From Chromatiaceae bacterium (GTDB lineage Bacteria > Pseudomonadota > Gammaproteobacteria > SZUA-140), in NCBI GenBank assembly GCA_003232725.1, contig QIJH01000085.1, forward strand, positions 1-51,419: a stretch of DNA of 51,419 nt, in the 5' to 3' direction. The notes below the pieces were generated by a model. It saw only the letters and a program-made list of their open reading frames with translations. It was not told where the DNA came from and did no database searches. The position numbers and the translations under genes were made by a program. This document shows, piece by piece, positions 46,806-51,419 of this stretch (within the stretch, counting starts at the first letter, position 1; the number at the start of each line of letters is the position of its first letter).

Positions 46806-46956
46806 GTAACTATTCAGCGAGTAGTCAAAATTAATAGTGGCTGCTCAGCTAACCCATGAAATCTGCCAGTTCAAGGCGAAAAATGTGAGTTTACACGTGT
46901 AAATGATCACTTTTTAACGCTGAACGGGTGGAGTTCATGGGTTAGCTGAGTAGTTA
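46806..46956. mobile_element. MITE-A copy 2 (151 bp, 8-bp TSD)
   Basis: The TIRs are gtaactattcagc / gctgagtagttac. The element is flanked by the direct repeat ACAACATC (46798..46805 and 46957..46964). It has the same orientation and core as 8971..9130. Confidence 0.8.
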
Positions 46957-47005
46957 CACAACATCATACATAACGTTACGGACTCAATCCAAAAGTAAAT
47001 CTTTT

Positions 47006-47842
47006 ATGACTTATAAACACCTTATCGCTGCAACACTATTACTCGCTACCATAGCGCCGAGTGCCTATGGTCAGCAACTGCCACGCTGGGAGCTAGGCAT
47101 AGGGGTTGGTGGATTAAACCTGCCAGATTATCGAGGTTCAGATATCTATCGTAATTATGTGATCCCATACCCATACATCACCTATCGCAGTGAACATCTC
47201 AACATTGACCGAGGCGGTATTCAGGGACATCTATTTAAAACAGACAAGGTGAAACTTGATCTTAGTTTAGCAGCGGGTATTCCCGTCTCAAGCGGCAGAG
47301 GCGGCCCACGTGCAGGGATGCCAGACCTCGACCTAACCGTTGAACTAGGCCCCTCACTTGAATTCAATCTGTGGCAACCGAACCACAAGCGTCAATCACT
47401 ATCGCTTAAGTTACCCCTACGCTCCGCACACTCTATCGGTGGAGATGGACTCTTCAAACATCGTGGCTGGACTTTTTCTCCCTTTCTTGAATACACCGCT
47501 AAAAGCCTCAAACCTGATGACTGGAAAACAAGCATCTCAATAGGCCCACTCTATGCTGACCGCGATTACCACAACTATTTTTATGAAGTTCGGTCAGCGT
47601 ATGTCACAGCTGCCCGCAGTGAATATAATGCAAGCGGTGGCTACAGTGGTGCGCGTACCACGTTAACAATTAGAAAACATCTCACCGACAAACTCCAACT
47701 CGGTGCATTCGCGCGCCTTGATACCCTTAAAAACAGTGCATTTGAAGAGAGCCCACTGGTCTCAACAAAACAGTACCGAGCATTAGGCATCACACTGATC
47801 TGGATGCTATCTCAATCCGATGAGATGGTTCACGTCCCATAA
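47006..47842 (+). CDS. MipA/OmpV family outer-membrane protein (second paralog)
   Basis: The ORF has a signal peptide (..APSAYG/QQ), the segment WELGIGVGGLNLPDYRGSD typical of MipA family N-termini, and beta-strand periodicity. Confidence 0.75.
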   Translation: MTYKHLIAATLLLATIAPSAYGQQLPRWELGIGVGGLNLPDYRGSDIYRNYVIPYPYITYRSEHLNIDRGGIQGHLFKTDKVKLDLSLAAGIPVSSGRGGPRAGMPDLDLTVELGPSLEFNLWQPNHKRQSLSLKLPLRSAHSIGGDGLFKHRGWTFSPFLEYTAKSLKPDDWKTSISIGPLYADRDYHNYFYEVRSAYVTAARSEYNASGGYSGARTTLTIRKHLTDKLQLGAFARLDTLKNSAFEESPLVSTKQYRALGITLIWMLSQSDEMVHVP

Positions 47843-47930
47843 GGTGAAGCGCTAGTTCATTGTAGACTCCGGCCTAAACGGCACTTATCAGCGTACGGTG
47901 AATAATGCCGTACGGAAATCCAACATACAT

Positions 47931-48020
47931 AAAGACGTGCGCACGACACAGATCTATACACATGTAATTCAACGCGGTGGTAATGCCGTGATTAGTCCGC
48001 TAGGCAGCGTGCTATCATAA
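47931..48020 (+). pseudogene. 3'-terminal remnant of a tyrosine recombinase (integron-integrase-like C-terminus)
   Basis: The frame reads [29 protein letters not shown]. This matches the catalytic-Tyr end of IntI/Xer-type integrases (..TTMIYTHVL.RGG.GV.SPLD). Upstream sequence loses similarity and is closed by a stop at 47853. Confidence 0.55.
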
Positions 48021-48068
48021 CGCCAGTCAACTGCCACGAGGGCATTGGTAGGCACATGCCCCGTAAAA

Positions 48069-49628
48069 TCACTCCCACTCGATGGTGGCAGGTGGTTTAC
48101 TTGAGATATCATAAGTAACACGCGAGATGCCTGAGACCTCATTAATGATACGGCTAGAGACAATCTCCAGTAGCTCATACGGCAGGTGCGCCCAGCGTGC
48201 GGTCATAAAATCGACGGTCTCGACCGCGCGTACTGCAACCACATATTCATAGCGACGCTGGTCACCCACCACACCGACTGACTTCACTGGCAGGAAGACG
48301 GTGAACGCCTGGCTTACCTTTTGATAAAAATCATGGTTATGCAGCTCTTCGATGAAGATCGCATCGGCACGGCGCAGCAGATCCGCATATTCTTTTTTCA
48401 CCTCGCCCAAAATGCGCACGCCCAGGCCAGGCCCTGGAAAAGGATGACGGTAGACCATCTCATGCGCCAGTCCAAGTTCTACACCAAGGTGGCGTACTTC
48501 ATCTTTGAACAGTTCACGCAGTGGCTCAACCAGCTTCAGCTTCATGTTTTCTGGCAGACCACCGACGTTATGGTGCGACTTAATCACATGCGCCTTGCCA
48601 CTCTTGACGCCAGCTGATTCAATCACGTCCGGGTAGATAGTACCCTGCGCCAGCCACTTCACATTTTTAAGCTTCTCTGCCTCTTCTTCAAAGACCTCGA
48701 TAAAGAGATTACCGATGATTTTACGTTTTTTCTCTGGATCATTTTCCCCTTCAAGGGCTGACAAAAAACGCGCTTCAGCATCGACACGAATCACCTTCAC
48801 CCCCATGTGCTCGGCGAAGTTAAGGCGCAACAGGCCGTTATCAACAAAGACGCAAGTTAAATGATCACCAATCGCTTTATGTAACAGTGCGGCCACTACC
48901 GATGAATCAACGCCACCGGAAAGGCCTAATAAAACTTCATCGGTACCCACCTGTTCACGTACTGTCTGAATACTGTCTTCAATGATATTCTCAGCAGTCC
49001 ACAACTGCTCACAACCACAGATGAAATGAACAAAGCGATCGATGATACGCTTGCCCTGATGGGTATGGGTCACTTCGGGGTGAAATTGCAACCCATAATA
49101 ACCACGCGACTCATCGGCGATACCGGCAATCGGTGCGCTCTCCGTACTGGCAATCACTTTAAAACCTTCGGGCAGTTTGCTAACACGGTCACCATGGCTC
49201 ATCCACACATCAAGGATACCGTAACCTTCCACTGTGGTGTGGTCTTCGATATCCAGTAGCAGTTGTGAATGGCCGCGCGCGCGTACCTGCGCATGGCCAT
49301 ACTCATGGTGGTCGGCACTCTCGACTTCGCCGCCCATCTGCGCTGCCATGGTCTGCATGCCGTAGCAGATACCGAGCACAGGCACTTCCATCTGAAACAC
49401 GACATCCGATGCACGCGAAGCATCACCGCCACTGGCGACTGATTCCGGGCCACCGGAGAGGATAATTCCTTTCGGGTTGAAGTCACGCATAGCCTGCTCA
49501 TCCATGTCCCATGCATGCAGCTCACAGTAGACACCTGCCTCACGCACACGGCGTGCAATTAGCTGGCTATACTGCGAACCAAAGTCGAGGATCAGGATGC
49601 GGTCAGAATGGATGTTATGGTCAGTCAC
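48069..49628 (-). CDS. guaA: GMP synthase (glutamine-hydrolysing)
   Basis: The 519-aa ORF is near-colinear with E. coli GuaA. It has the GATase Cys (GICYGMQ), the ATP-PPase P-loop (SGGVDSS) and the C-terminus ..KPPATIEWE. Confidence 0.97.
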   Translation of the reverse strand: MTDHNIHSDRILILDFGSQYSQLIARRVREAGVYCELHAWDMDEQAMRDFNPKGIILSGGPESVASGGDASRASDVVFQMEVPVLGICYGMQTMAAQMGGEVESADHHEYGHAQVRARGHSQLLLDIEDHTTVEGYGILDVWMSHGDRVSKLPEGFKVIASTESAPIAGIADESRGYYGLQFHPEVTHTHQGKRIIDRFVHFICGCEQLWTAENIIEDSIQTVREQVGTDEVLLGLSGGVDSSVVAALLHKAIGDHLTCVFVDNGLLRLNFAEHMGVKVIRVDAEARFLSALEGENDPEKKRKIIGNLFIEVFEEEAEKLKNVKWLAQGTIYPDVIESAGVKSGKAHVIKSHHNVGGLPENMKLKLVEPLRELFKDEVRHLGVELGLAHEMVYRHPFPGPGLGVRILGEVKKEYADLLRRADAIFIEELHNHDFYQKVSQAFTVFLPVKSVGVVGDQRRYEYVVAVRAVETVDFMTARWAHLPYELLEIVSSRIINEVSGISRVTYDISSKPPATIEWE

Positions 49629-49817
49629 GGCGGTATGGTCTTCTTTATTTTAAATTAAGTAGCGAAAAATAACGTCACTATTTCTTGGCAAAACTGTCGT
49701 TACATTTAGTTTGCTAAATATCACCCCGGCGCAGGCCGGGGTCCAGCGTTATCATCCCGGCCTTTGTCTCAAGGAGCGCTTCCTAATGGGCGCTCTGGTA
49801 CGGTACCCTCTAATAGC

Positions 49818-51281
<1,464 letters not shown>

Positions 51282-51419
51282 TCATACTATATAGACCCCT
51301 ATACAAAAACTAGCCGGGTATTATAGAGAGTGCAGCCCCTGCGGACAACTGCTAATATCGACAAATACCTTTCAATAAACCGGTGGATTCTCTATTTTGT
51401 TCAAGGTGTTATCATAAGA

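Overview
This is a gammaproteobacterial chromosomal segment. The left end is an E. coli-like block, uvrC-pgsA-tRNA(Gly,Cys,Leu), in which uvrC is frameshifted. The right end is the guaB-guaA operon. Between them lies a mosaic of housekeeping, signalling and accessory genes:
- two HDOD proteins, one with an in-frame TGA
- an orphan receiver domain protein and a GGDEF-EAL protein
- a secreted 597-aa ankyrin-repeat protein
- a truncated-haemoglobin plus reductase pair
- a glycerol / glycerophosphodiester block
- ExbB/ExbD and a CRTAC1-type FG-GAP protein
- a LuxR solo followed by an RND efflux pair
- two MipA/OmpV paralogs

Signs of decay and mobility recur: two MITE-like repeat families with clean target-site duplications (one copy splits a ComFB-like gene), an IS5-type transposase remnant, a tyrosine-recombinase remnant next to guaA, and an internally deleted FG-GAP paralog.

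The stand-out is an AT-rich minus-strand operon at 40.06-45.43 kb. It encodes a radical SAM/SPASM enzyme, then an unannotated 59-aa peptide, then a compact ABC exporter, then an oligopeptidase-B-type S9 peptidase. The peptide is MKTTEISCANLADVAEKFVAYTENQDQSIAKAGRELAANAAGGMHSEEQSGKWTWTFRF and falls below the ORF-track cutoff. Its C-terminal heptapeptide WTWTFRF has the W-x-W-x-X-x-F spacing of the darobactin core, but a different sequence and a different operon layout. I read this as a candidate new radical-SAM RiPP system. No rRNA genes or CRISPR arrays were seen.
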